Assembly: GCA_016285175.1 (NCBI GenBank)
Contig: JAEEQF010000001.1
Coordinates: 32,099-96,098, forward strand
Length of the DNA stretch: 64,000 nucleotides
Direction: 5' to 3'
Origin: Bacteroidales bacterium
GTDB taxonomy: Bacteria; Bacteroidota; Bacteroidia; Bacteroidales; UBA932
The notes beneath the pieces are model-generated. The model was not told the DNA's origin and ran no database searches. It saw only the letters and a program-made list of their open reading frames with translations. This document shows, piece by piece, positions 27,087 to 36,209 of this stretch. Made by a program: the position numbers and the translations under genes. The first letter of the stretch is position 1, and each line of letters starts with the position of its first letter.

Positions 27087-28132
27087 GGAAGGGAAACCCT
27101 TTCCAGCATCCCCTGCAACCGGGCGATAGCGATTCCGTAATTGGTGATGGGCACTCCCGCAAGGAGTGCCTTTCTTATGCGGGAACGCACCAGGGCGCCG
27201 CCAGCCACACAGGCGCCGCAGTGGATGATTAGGCTGTAAGGCGACAGGTCTTCCGGGAAATCGTTCCCGGCAGCGATATCGATGGAAACGGCCGCTTTCC
27301 TGCGGAGCAGCACAGGAATCTTTACCCGGCCGATATCTTCCGTATCTGGCACATGGGTGCAGGCTTCGGCAATGAGCACATGGTCTCCGTCCTTCAGGCG
27401 GCCGATGGCCCCGGCTCCTTCCACAAACGCCCGAATATCCCCCTTCATCGCCGCCAAAAGGATGGAAAAGGAGGTGAGCGGCCACTCCGGAGGAATGGTC
27501 TGGTTCACCAGTTTAAACACCTGGGAATCCGTAATTACCAGATTGGGCGTCATGTCCTTAAGCGCAGCAGGCAGCGATTCCGGAGTGCAGCACACCGGAA
27601 CGCAGCCGCGGTCCAGCAGTTCCCGGAGCACCTGCACCTGCGGCAGGATGAGACGGCCTTTGGGTGCCTCGCTGTCCTGCGGCATTACCAGCAGCACCTT
27701 GTCACCGGCTTTCACCAGATTCCCGGTGAGGTATTTCTCCTGCTCCCCGGGGGCGGCGGCCGCAAGCTGTTCCAGCAGGGACTCCCTGCTCTGCCCCCGT
27801 GCGTAACGCACCACGGGAATGCCGGCCCGTTCCAACTCTCCCATCAGGCTGGGGATGACAGGATCCAGAACCACGGCTAAATCCGTTTCGTCCAGGATGC
27901 GGCGAGTAAGGCGGGAGCGTTCAGGGCCCAGGACCCCCGCATCGTCCAAGCCGGCCGTATCTATGAGCACGCAGGGCCCCAGACCGGGCAGTTCGATAGC
28001 CTTCCGCACCGGGTCCGTGGTTGTGCCCGGCACAGGGCTCACCAAAGAAACCTCCTGACCGGCCAAGGTATTGACCAGCGTGGATTTCCCGCTGTTGGGA
28101 GGGCCGAAGAACGCTATGTGGAGCCTTTCCAT
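27083..28132 (-). CDS. hydF: [FeFe] hydrogenase H-cluster maturation GTPase HydF (compact form)
   Basis: 349 aa. G1 GPPNSGKS, G3 DTAG, C-terminal cluster-binding CTH...HCGAC. No NKxD/TKxD G4 motif is visible. Confidence 0.8.
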   Translation of the reverse strand: MERLHIAFFGPPNSGKSTLVNTLAGQEVSLVSPVPGTTTDPVRKAIELPGLGPCVLIDTAGLDDAGVLGPERSRLTRRILDETDLAVVLDPVIPSLMGELERAGIPVVRYARGQSRESLLEQLAAAAPGEQEKYLTGNLVKAGDKVLLVMPQDSEAPKGRLILPQVQVLRELLDRGCVPVCCTPESLPAALKDMTPNLVITDSQVFKLVNQTIPPEWPLTSFSILLAAMKGDIRAFVEGAGAIGRLKDGDHVLIAEACTHVPDTEDIGRVKIPVLLRRKAAVSIDIAAGNDFPEDLSPYSLIIHCGACVAGGALVRSRIRKALLAGVPITNYGIAIARLQGMLERVSLP

Positions 28133-28135
28133 GTG

Positions 28136-29551
28136 TTAGAACCTGAAATCGTGGGCACCGTTCTCAATCTCCGTGAGGTGACGGGCGCAAATGTCCCGGA
28201 CCTTGCCCTCGGGGACATCGGCCAGGCACTTCTGAATGAGCCGTTCACCCACCTCCCGGGTGGCGGGAGACGCATAGTCCACCAGGTATTCCTTTAAGGT
28301 CATAAGGGCGTTGGGCGTGCAGCAGAGGCTGATTTTCCCGCTCTTGCACAGGCTCATGAAGCGGTCTCCCGTGCGTCCTTCCCGGTAGCAGGCGGTGCAG
28401 AAGGAAGGGATATGGTCATTCTCCAGGAGCCAGCGCACCACATCGTCCAGCGGACGGGTATCCGACACGTCGAACTGCGCCGTTTCGTTATGCCGCTCTT
28501 CGCTGGTATAGCCGCCCACGCTGGTGCGCGACCCGCCGCTGATCTGGGAAATGCCGCAGTGGAGCAGCTGCTCCCGCATCCGGGCGCTTTCCCGGGTGGA
28601 AATGATCATGCCCGTGTACGGTACGGCAATCCGGAGCACGGCCACCAGTTTCCGGAAGATGCTGTCCGGAAGGGCATCCGGGAAATCTCCCAGGGAGATG
28701 TCATCGGCCGGACAGATGCGGGGCATTGAAATGGTGTGCGGTCCCACCCCGAAACGGGCCTCCAGGTGCTCCGCATGCATAAGCAGCCCCACCAGCTCGT
28801 AACGATACCCGGCCAGGCCGAAGAGTACGCCGATACCCACGTCGTCGCAGCCGCCCTCCTGGGCGCGGTCCATGGCCTCCGTATGCCACTCATAATTGCT
28901 CTTGGGGCCCGTGGGATGCAGCTTTTTATACTGCTCCTTATTGTACGTTTCCTGGAAAAGGATGTACGTGCCGATACCAGCCGCCCGGAGCTTCCGGTAA
29001 CTCTCCACGTCCGTAGCGGCAATGTTCACGTTCACCCGCCGGATGGAGTTCCCACCCTCGTTCACGGAATAGATGGTACGGATGGAGTCCAGGATATACT
29101 CCAGCGGATTGTGGACAGGGTCTTCCCCCGCCTCCACGGCCAGGCGCTTGTGGCCGATACGGATGAGGGCGCGGACTTCCTCCTCAATCTCTGCCTGGGA
29201 CAGTTTCTTGCGGGGGATACTGTGGTTCCTGGCATGGTACGGACAGTACACACAGCCGTTCACGCAGTAATTGGAAAGGTACAGCGGGGCAAACAGGACA
29301 ATCCGGTTGCCATAGAATTTCTGCTTGATGGCTCCGGCCAGGCGGAACAGCCGTTCCTCCAGGGCCGGATCCTCACAGTCCATGAGGATGGCGGCTTCCC
29401 GGTGGGTGAGCCCTTTGCAAAGGGCAGCCTTTTCCAGGATTTCCTGCACACGGGCCGGATTGCGGCTTTCCCGGGCCGCCTCTTCCAGGGTTTCCAGGAT
29501 TTCATCGTGGCAGATGAATTCATCGGCATGGACAGAAGAAGTATTATACAT
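28136..29551 (-). CDS. hydG: [FeFe] hydrogenase maturase HydG (radical SAM tyrosine lyase)
   Basis: 471 aa. Radical SAM CVNGCVYCPY plus a C-terminal auxiliary-cluster region CTACYREGRTGDRFMSLC...CC, which separates HydG from ThiH. Confidence 0.85.
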   Translation of the reverse strand: MYNTSSVHADEFICHDEILETLEEAARESRNPARVQEILEKAALCKGLTHREAAILMDCEDPALEERLFRLAGAIKQKFYGNRIVLFAPLYLSNYCVNGCVYCPYHARNHSIPRKKLSQAEIEEEVRALIRIGHKRLAVEAGEDPVHNPLEYILDSIRTIYSVNEGGNSIRRVNVNIAATDVESYRKLRAAGIGTYILFQETYNKEQYKKLHPTGPKSNYEWHTEAMDRAQEGGCDDVGIGVLFGLAGYRYELVGLLMHAEHLEARFGVGPHTISMPRICPADDISLGDFPDALPDSIFRKLVAVLRIAVPYTGMIISTRESARMREQLLHCGISQISGGSRTSVGGYTSEERHNETAQFDVSDTRPLDDVVRWLLENDHIPSFCTACYREGRTGDRFMSLCKSGKISLCCTPNALMTLKEYLVDYASPATREVGERLIQKCLADVPEGKVRDICARHLTEIENGAHDFRF

Positions 29552-29583
29552 AGCTAAGAGGTTATCGTCTTTTTTTGTTTACG

Positions 29584-29591
29584 CAAAAATA
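29584..29591 (-). promoter_or_regulatory. -7 promoter box (TAttTTTG) for hydG-hydF
   Basis: Minus strand reads CACTATTTTTGCG about 33 nt upstream of the hydG ATG. Confidence 0.45.
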
Positions 29592-29614
29592 GTGATTTAC
29601 CCGCAAAAAATCGC

Positions 29615-29622
29615 TATTTTTG
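29615..29622 (+). promoter_or_regulatory. -7 promoter box (TAttTTTG) for the sugar kinase gene
   Basis: CGCTATTTTTGCAGG 20 nt upstream of the ATG at 29643. Confidence 0.5.
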
Positions 29623-29642
29623 CAGGAAAGAAACCCTCGTCC

Positions 29643-30656
29643 ATGAAAAGAATCGTAACGTTTGGAGAAATCCTGCAACGCTGGTCCAAAAACGGAGCCC
29701 GGCGCCTGAGCCAGGGCTATGACTGGGAAGGCCATTTCGGCGGTTCAGAGGCCAACGTGGCCGTTTCGCTGGCCAAGCTGGGCAACCACGTGGGTTATGT
29801 CTCCCGCATTCCGGACAACGCCGTGGGGCGGGCCTGCCTGCAGGAACTCCGCTATCAGGGAATAGACGTAAGCGACGTAGTGCTGGGCGGGGAGCGCCTG
29901 GGTACGTACTACTTTGAGGCGGCCACCTCCGTGCGCCGCGGGCAGGTAGTATACGACAGGCAGGGTTCGTCCTTCTATTCATCGGCCCCGGGCATGTTCC
30001 CCTGGCGGGAAATCTTTGGCCGCACGGATATCTTCCACTGCTCCGGCATCACCTGCGCGGTGTCCCCCTCGGCCACGGAAGCCACCTTCGAGGCGGTCCG
30101 CACGGCCAAGGAAATGGGCCTCCGGATCACCTGCGACATCAATTACCGGAAAAACCTCTGGAAATACGAGGGGGCCGATGCCCACCGCACGCTGAACGCC
30201 CTCATGCAGTACAGCGACTTCATTTTCGGAGACCAGGATGAATGGGAAGTGGCCACCGGCGTAAAGCAGATCCCCATGGACCACATGCAGGCCGATACCA
30301 AGTTGGACATGGAAGCCTACCGCCGCTATTTTGACGAGATGCACCGCCAGTTCCCCCACTGCCGGGAGATGATGCTGGGTCTCAGGAACCAGATGACATC
30401 GGCCCACCATACGCTCACGGCGCTGCTCTGGTACGAAGGGGAAATCTACACCTCCCGCATCTACGACATCCAGCCCATCGTGGACCCCGTGGGCGTGGGC
30501 GACGCCTTCGTGGCCGCCTACATCCATGCGGCCGAAAAATGGAAAGGAAAGCCGCAGCAAGGCCTGGATTTCTCCGTTGCTGCGGCTCAACTCAAAAACT
30601 CCATCGTAGGGGATTTCAACCTGGTAACAGAAGAAGAAATCCTGGAGCAGCTTTAG
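29643..30656 (+). CDS. PfkB-family sugar kinase, 2-dehydro-3-deoxygluconokinase-like
   Basis: 337 aa from MKRIVTFGEIL. GGSEANVAVSLAKLG and PVGVGDAFVAAYI (PfkB signature). The track ORF start at 29325 is an antisense-of-hydG extension that spans the promoter. Confidence 0.7.
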   Translation: MKRIVTFGEILQRWSKNGARRLSQGYDWEGHFGGSEANVAVSLAKLGNHVGYVSRIPDNAVGRACLQELRYQGIDVSDVVLGGERLGTYYFEAATSVRRGQVVYDRQGSSFYSSAPGMFPWREIFGRTDIFHCSGITCAVSPSATEATFEAVRTAKEMGLRITCDINYRKNLWKYEGADAHRTLNALMQYSDFIFGDQDEWEVATGVKQIPMDHMQADTKLDMEAYRRYFDEMHRQFPHCREMMLGLRNQMTSAHHTLTALLWYEGEIYTSRIYDIQPIVDPVGVGDAFVAAYIHAAEKWKGKPQQGLDFSVAAAQLKNSIVGDFNLVTEEEILEQL

Positions 30657-30669
30657 TACTAATTCTCAA

Positions 30670-31269
30670 TTATTTAACCATTCCACTGAAGCCCATGAAG
30701 GCCAGGGCCAGGATACCCACGCTGATGATGGCGATGGGAACGCCCTTGAAGGCCTTGGGAACCTCGTTCAGGGCCAGGTGCTCCCGGATGCCGGCGAAGA
30801 TGACCATTGCCAGGCCGTAACCCAGGGAGGTGGCGAAGGCATACACCAGGGCCTGACCCAGGTTGAGCATGCCGCCGGGAACGAAGGAGAACTGCTTGGT
30901 AACCACGTTGATGGCCACACCCAGCACGGCGCAGTTGGTGGTAATCAGGGGCAGGAAGATACCCAGGGCCTGATACAGGCTGGGGCTCACCTTCTTGAGC
31001 ACGATCTCCACCATCTGCACCAGCGCCGCAATCACCAGGATGAAGGCGATGGTCTGCAGGAAGGTGAGGCCGAAGGGCACCAGCAGGTACTGGTTAATCA
31101 GGTACGTTACCAGGGTGGCCAGCGTAATCACGAAGCACACGGCCATGCTCATGCCCGTGGCGGTGGACAGCTTGTTGGACACGCCCAGGAACGGGCAGAT
31201 ACCCAGGAACTGGGCCAGGACGATATTGTTGACGAAAATCGCCGAAATAATAATCAGAAAGTACTCCAT
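30670..31269 (-). CDS. rnfA: Rnf electron transport complex subunit A
   Basis: 199 aa. [19 protein letters not shown]...[15 protein letters not shown] is near-canonical RnfA/RsxA. Confidence 0.92.
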   Translation of the reverse strand: MEYFLIIISAIFVNNIVLAQFLGICPFLGVSNKLSTATGMSMAVCFVITLATLVTYLINQYLLVPFGLTFLQTIAFILVIAALVQMVEIVLKKVSPSLYQALGIFLPLITTNCAVLGVAINVVTKQFSFVPGGMLNLGQALVYAFATSLGYGLAMVIFAGIREHLALNEVPKAFKGVPIAIISVGILALAFMGFSGMVK

Positions 31270-31272
31270 AGC

Positions 31273-31860
31273 CTAGCTCTTTTTAAGGTATTTGTTGAAC
31301 AGGACCATCAGGTAACCCAGGCACAGGAAGGCGCCGGGAGCCATAACGAAGGCCAGCATGCCGTCGTGTCCGCCGATGAAGTTGTAGCCGAAGGCGCTGC
31401 CGGAACCCAGGATCTCACGGACCAGGCCCAGCACGGTGAGCGAGCAGGTGAAGCCGATGCCCACACCTAGGCCGTCACAGGCGCTTTCCAGCACGTTGTG
31501 CTTGTTGGCGAAGGCCTCGGCCCGGCCCAGGACGATGCAGTTCACCACGATGAGCGGGATGAACAGGCCCAGCGTCTCGTACATGGCGGGCGTGTAGGCC
31601 TGCATGAGCAGCTGCAGCAAAGTCACGAAGGTGGCAATGACCACGATATACACCGGAATGTGCACCTTATCCGGCACCACCGGGGCGATGGCCGATATGG
31701 CCATATTGCTGAGCACCAGCACAAACAGGGTGGCCAGGCCCATGGACAAGCCATTGATGGCCGAGGTTGTGGTTGCCAGCGTGGGGCACATGCCCAGAAG
31801 CAGCACAAAGGTAGGGTTATTCTTAACCAGACCGTCGGTAATCAGTTTGAACTTACTCAT
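31273..31860 (-). CDS. rnfE: Rnf electron transport complex subunit E
   Basis: 195 aa. NNPTFVLLLGMCPTLATTTSAINGLSMGLAT is the RnfE/RsxE signature. Confidence 0.9.
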   Translation of the reverse strand: MSKFKLITDGLVKNNPTFVLLLGMCPTLATTTSAINGLSMGLATLFVLVLSNMAISAIAPVVPDKVHIPVYIVVIATFVTLLQLLMQAYTPAMYETLGLFIPLIVVNCIVLGRAEAFANKHNVLESACDGLGVGIGFTCSLTVLGLVREILGSGSAFGYNFIGGHDGMLAFVMAPGAFLCLGYLMVLFNKYLKKS

Positions 31861-32395
31861 GGCTCACAGCTTTAAAGGTTTTAAGGGCATTCTCCACTGC
31901 CAGCGTATAGGCGCGGGAAGTGATGGTGGAAGCCGTGATGGCGTCCACGTCGCCGCCGTCCTTCTTCACGGAAAGGATCTTCACGGAAGGGTCGAAGCCC
32001 CTCCACTGGTCCATAAATTTAGCGTCCGTATTGCACTTGGCGCCCAGGCCGGGAGTTTCCGACTGGGACAGCACAGAAGTGTTGTACACCACGCCGTCCG
32101 GGGTAACGCCCACCATAAGGGTGAGGTTGCCGCCGAAGCCCACGGTAGTGGATTCGATGGCATATCCCACCACGGCGTCGCCGTCCGTTGCCTTGTAATA
32201 TCGGCCTTCCTCGTTATATTCCAGCTGGGAAAAATGAGGCAGCACCTGGGAGATGGCTTTCTCCGTCTTGGCGGCGGCCGCCTTGTCGATGGGTTCCTTG
32301 GTGAGGGCATAGGCTCCGCCCAGAAGGGCCGAGCACACCAGGCAGGTAATGCCCAGCACCAGCACCATGTTGGTAAGGTTGGATTTTACTGCCAT
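31853..32395 (-). CDS. rnfG: Rnf electron transport complex subunit G (FMN-binding)
   Basis: 180 aa. N-terminal TM segment and an FMN-attachment-type motif (DAITASTITSRA). Overlaps rnfE by 8 nt. Confidence 0.85.
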   Translation of the reverse strand: MAVKSNLTNMVLVLGITCLVCSALLGGAYALTKEPIDKAAAAKTEKAISQVLPHFSQLEYNEEGRYYKATDGDAVVGYAIESTTVGFGGNLTLMVGVTPDGVVYNTSVLSQSETPGLGAKCNTDAKFMDQWRGFDPSVKILSVKKDGGDVDAITASTITSRAYTLAVENALKTFKAVSHE

Positions 32396-32398
32396 AGC

Positions 32399-33382
32399 TT
32401 ATTTCCTCCCGAATTTTTTCTGTTTGAAGCCCATGTTGATGAGCGGCACCACAGAGTTCATGATAAGGATGGCGAAGGAAACGCCTTCCGGATAAGACCC
32501 GAAGTAACGGATGAGCACTGTAAGAAGGCCGATGCCCACGCCGAAGATGACTCCGCCCCAGGCCGACATGGGAGAGGTCACATAGTCCGTTGCCATGAAG
32601 CAGGCACCCAGGACCAGACCGCCGGTGAGGAGGTTGAACACGGGATCCGTGAAACGGGCCGGGTTGATACCCCAGAACACCAGGGACACCAGCGCCACGG
32701 TGGCGAAGATACTGAGGGTGATCCAGGGCTTGATGACCTTGCGGATGCACAGGTACACAAAACCGGCCAGCAGCGCCAGGGCGCATACCTCACCGGCACT
32801 GCCGCCCAGGTTGGCGAACAGCATCTGGCTGTAGTTGTAGCCATGCTCGGCCATGATGTCCTGTACCGAAGCGCCCTGCATAAGGCCTTCCTGGATAGCG
32901 CCCAGCGGGGTGGCGCCCGTTACCGCATCGGCCCCGAAAAGGCCCTGCGGCTGGCTCCAGGTGGTCATGTAGGTGGGGAAGGAAACCAGCAGGAACACAC
33001 GGCCCACCAGGGCGGGGTTCCAGATGTTCTGGCCGATACCGCCGAAAGTCATCTTGGCGACGCCGATGGCCACCACCGAGCCGATCACAATCACCCACCA
33101 GGGCGTTGTGTAAGGCACGTTCAGGGCCAGCAGGATACCGGTAATGACAGCGGAAAGGTCCCCTATGGTAGAGGGCTTCTTGAGCATATATTTGGTAATG
33201 GCCCATTCCAGCAGTACGCAGGAGGCCACGCTCACCGCCATCACCAGCATTTCCCTCCAGCCATAGAAGACGAAGGAACAGATGACGGCCGGTGCAAGCG
33301 CTATGATAACATCCAGCATCAGGGACTTGGTGGAGTCCTTGGAATGGATGTGGGGGTTTGGTGATACAATTAACTTACTCAT
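32399..33382 (-). CDS. rnfD: Rnf electron transport complex subunit D
   Basis: 327-aa polytopic NqrB/RnfD-type protein (SPNPHIHS..., GATPLG, CFMATDYVTSP). Confidence 0.9.
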   Translation of the reverse strand: MSKLIVSPNPHIHSKDSTKSLMLDVIIALAPAVICSFVFYGWREMLVMAVSVASCVLLEWAITKYMLKKPSTIGDLSAVITGILLALNVPYTTPWWVIVIGSVVAIGVAKMTFGGIGQNIWNPALVGRVFLLVSFPTYMTTWSQPQGLFGADAVTGATPLGAIQEGLMQGASVQDIMAEHGYNYSQMLFANLGGSAGEVCALALLAGFVYLCIRKVIKPWITLSIFATVALVSLVFWGINPARFTDPVFNLLTGGLVLGACFMATDYVTSPMSAWGGVIFGVGIGLLTVLIRYFGSYPEGVSFAILIMNSVVPLINMGFKQKKFGRK

Positions 33383-33388
33383 ACCCTC

Positions 33389-34780
33389 TTACTTTTTTTC
33401 AGTTTCGGCAGCCTTGGCGGCTTCGGCGGCAGCCTTTGCAGCGGCGGCCCTTGCACGGATATTGCCCATTACGGCACCCTTGCCTATGCGGATGTTGTCC
33501 AGCAGCGGGATGTGGGCAGGGCAGGAATACAGGCAGCAGCCGCACTCGATGCAGTCCTGGGCCGCGTTCTGCTCCATGGCATCCCAGTCCTTGGCGCGGG
33601 CCAGTTTGTTAAGCAGGAACGGTTCCAGGCCCATGGGGCAGGCATCGGCACATCTGCCGCAGCGGATACAGTTGCTCTCCGGAGCGCGGCGGGTCTGCTT
33701 CTCCGTGAGGAAGAGCAGGGCGCCGGTGCCTTTGACGGTGGCGGCATCCAGGTTGGCCACGGCACGTCCCATCATGGGACCGCCGCTGATAACCTTGGCA
33801 GCCTCTTCCGGGACACCGCCCAGATAGTCGATGATATAGCGGAGCGGAGTACCCACCCGTACCAGCAGGTTGGCCTGCCGGGGGAAGCACTCGCCCGTTA
33901 CGGTGACGGAGTTGTCCACGATGGGCTTGTTCTTCTGCACCGCATCGTATACGGCCAGGGCCGTTGCCACGTTCTGGACCACGGCGCCCACGGAAATGGG
34001 CAGGGCGCCGGAACCCACTTGACGGTGCATTACAGCATCTATGAGCTGCTTCTCACCGCCCTGCGGATACATCATCTTCATTTCCATCACCTCAATGCCG
34101 CTGTAACCCAGTTTGGCAATCACTTCCTGGATGTGGGCGATGGCCTCGGGCTTGTTTTCCTCGATGGCAATGGTGCAGGGAACGTCGCCCATAGCCTTCT
34201 TCAGGAGGGCGGCACCCACCACCACCTGTTCTCCCTTCTCCAGGAGGGTCCGGAAGTCCGAAGTGAGATAGGGTTCGCACTCGCAGCCGTTGATGATCAC
34301 CCGCTCGCACTTGGAACCCGGAGGCGGACTCAGCTTCACGTGCGTGGGGAAGGTGGCGCCGCCCAGACCCACCACGCCGCCCAGGCGGATCTTGTCCACT
34401 ATGGCTTTGGCGTCTTCGGGGATGGCGGTTACCAGGGTGTCGGAAGTATCAATCCCGTCGGCCCACTCGTCGCCTTCCACGGCAATCTCGATGTGGGTGG
34501 CGGGACGGCCGGCCAGATCGGCCCTGGGAGCGATGGATTTGACGGTTCCGCTCACGGAGGAGTGGATGAAGGCACCCACAAAGCCGCCCGGCTCCGCAAT
34601 CACCTGCCCCACCTTCACTTTGTCGCCCACGGCCACGACGGGCACGGAAGGCGCGCCGATGTGCTGGGCCACGGAAATATAGACGGTGGGAGCAAGCGGC
34701 AGCGGCTCAATGCGGCACTCGCGGGAAATCTTGTTGTCGTGCGGATGGACACCGCCGATGGAAAAAGTCCTCTTACTCAT
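33389..34780 (-). CDS. rnfC: Rnf electron transport complex subunit C
   Basis: 463 aa. GLGGATFPTHVK plus two 4Fe-4S motifs (CIRCGRCADACP, CIECGCCLYSCP). Ala/Lys-rich tail. Confidence 0.9.
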   Translation of the reverse strand: MSKRTFSIGGVHPHDNKISRECRIEPLPLAPTVYISVAQHIGAPSVPVVAVGDKVKVGQVIAEPGGFVGAFIHSSVSGTVKSIAPRADLAGRPATHIEIAVEGDEWADGIDTSDTLVTAIPEDAKAIVDKIRLGGVVGLGGATFPTHVKLSPPPGSKCERVIINGCECEPYLTSDFRTLLEKGEQVVVGAALLKKAMGDVPCTIAIEENKPEAIAHIQEVIAKLGYSGIEVMEMKMMYPQGGEKQLIDAVMHRQVGSGALPISVGAVVQNVATALAVYDAVQKNKPIVDNSVTVTGECFPRQANLLVRVGTPLRYIIDYLGGVPEEAAKVISGGPMMGRAVANLDAATVKGTGALLFLTEKQTRRAPESNCIRCGRCADACPMGLEPFLLNKLARAKDWDAMEQNAAQDCIECGCCLYSCPAHIPLLDNIRIGKGAVMGNIRARAAAAKAAAEAAKAAETEKK

Positions 34781-35792
34781 CTTTCTTGTCCTCCTTTGCT
34801 TTAGCGGCCGCAGGTGATTCTACGGGAGTATCGACCTTCTTTTTAGCGGTGGCAGGTGATGCTGCCGTAGCATCGGCCTTATTATTCGCGGAGGCAGCAT
34901 CACCTGCCGCCGCTTCCTTAGCCTTCTGCTGACGGATCTTGATACGTTCCTTTACAGCGTCCTTATCCAGGGGCTTCGGGAAGTTCACGCCGTGGATGGC
35001 ACCGGTGGGGCACATGGCCTCACACTCCCGGCAAAGCTTACACTTGGACGGGTCTATATACGCAATATTGCCTTCCACGGTAATGGCATCGTGCGTACAG
35101 GTCTTGGCGCAGATGCCGCAGCCGATGCAGGCGTTGGCGCAGGCCTTCTTGGCCACGGGCCCCTTGTCCTTGTTCACGCAGGAAACGAATTCGCGCATGC
35201 CGCGGGGACCCTGGGGCCGGATTTCGATGATGTGCCGGGGGCAGGCCTTCACGCAGGCGCCACAGGCCGTACACTTGCTCTGGTCCACTACCGGCAGGCC
35301 CGTTTCCGGATTCATGGAGAGGGCCCCGAACTGGCAGGCCGATACGCAGTCGCCGCAGCCCAGGCAGCCATAGGAACAAGCCGTGTCGCCGGTGTACAGG
35401 AGCGACTTCACCGCGCAGGAGGCATAGCCGTCAAACTCGTTCACCTTGGGACGGGCCTCGCAGGTTCCGTTGCAACGGACCACCGCCACCTGGGGAGCCT
35501 TGGCCTGGACCTCATAGCCCAGGATGGCCGCCACCTTGGCCATGACCTCGTTGCCGCCCACCGGACAGAAATTCTTGTCCAGATTGGAAGCCTTAACGGC
35601 CGATTCGGCAAAAGCGCGGCAGCCGGCAAAGCCGCAGCCGCCGCAATTGGCACCGGGCATCACCTTTTCCACCTCGTCGATGCGGGGATCCTCCTCCACC
35701 TTGAACTTCTTGGCCACCAGGTACAGGACCAGGGCCAGCAGGAGTCCCAGGACGGTGATCACCGCAACGGTCCAAATGATGATTTTAATCAT
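34773..35792 (-). CDS. rnfB: Rnf electron transport complex subunit B (polyferredoxin type) with a low-complexity Ala/Lys tail
   Basis: 339 aa. N-terminal TM segment, CGGCGFAGC motif, several CxxCxxCxxxCP clusters, and about 70 aa of A/K/P-rich tail. Confidence 0.88.
   Translation of the reverse strand: MIKIIIWTVAVITVLGLLLALVLYLVAKKFKVEEDPRIDEVEKVMPGANCGGCGFAGCRAFAESAVKASNLDKNFCPVGGNEVMAKVAAILGYEVQAKAPQVAVVRCNGTCEARPKVNEFDGYASCAVKSLLYTGDTACSYGCLGCGDCVSACQFGALSMNPETGLPVVDQSKCTACGACVKACPRHIIEIRPQGPRGMREFVSCVNKDKGPVAKKACANACIGCGICAKTCTHDAITVEGNIAYIDPSKCKLCRECEAMCPTGAIHGVNFPKPLDKDAVKERIKIRQQKAKEAAAGDAASANNKADATAASPATAKKKVDTPVESPAAAKAKEDKKDE
34847..34912 (-). other. strong inverted repeat (potential mRNA hairpin) inside the rnfB 3' coding tail
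   Basis: GGCAGGTGATGCTGCC (34851-34866) and GGCAGCATCACCTGCC (34893-34908) are perfect reverse complements. The stem extends to about 20 bp with one mismatch and has a 26-nt loop. Confidence 0.75.
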
Positions 35793-35798
35793 AGATTG

Positions 35799-36209
35799 TT
35801 ATTTAATAGTAAACACGTATTCGTTCCTCAAACGGTCCCGCAGGAGCCAGAGCAGCAGATAATAAACCGCCACGGCTCCAATTCCGCACAGTCCGGCCGC
35901 CACTTCCCCTACGCCCAGGGCCACCAGAAGCAGGATCACGCCCAGTAGCACCAGCAGCGGGATAAAGTACGCCAGCCAGACGGCTTTCATGCCCATGGAT
36001 GCCTTGAGCACCACTTCCACCTCGTCTCCCACTTGGTACGACGCATACGGGTCCGAGGGCACTTCCACGGCCTTTTCGGCCACATCGGCCATCCCGCAGA
36101 GGCCTGCGGCATGACAGGAGGAACAGGCGGCGTGCTGCTCTATGGCCACCGTGGTGGTCTGGGGGGTCATCCGGATAATCCGGCCCTTATGGCTCACCTG
36201 CTCTTTCAT
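35799..36209 (-). CDS. RseC/MucC-family (SoxR-reducing system) membrane protein
   Basis: 136 aa. N-terminal soluble part with CSSCHAAGLCG and two C-terminal TM helices. Sits directly upstream of rnfB, as in other rnf loci. Confidence 0.65.
   Translation of the reverse strand: MKEQVSHKGRIIRMTPQTTTVAIEQHAACSSCHAAGLCGMADVAEKAVEVPSDPYASYQVGDEVEVVLKASMGMKAVWLAYFIPLLVLLGVILLLVALGVGEVAAGLCGIGAVAVYYLLLWLLRDRLRNEYVFTIK

Noticed and set aside
27771-27795. Palindrome GCAGGGA-C-TCCCTGC inside hydF, resembling half of the CAGCAGGG hairpin repeat
   Set aside because: The stem is short, lies within a conserved coding region and lacks the flanking GTAATTGC block. It is most likely chance.
29325-29642. 106-codon N-terminal extension of the sugar kinase ORF
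   Set aside because: It is antisense to the hydG 5' end and includes both divergent promoter boxes. The PfkB homology begins at MKRIVTFGEIL (29643).
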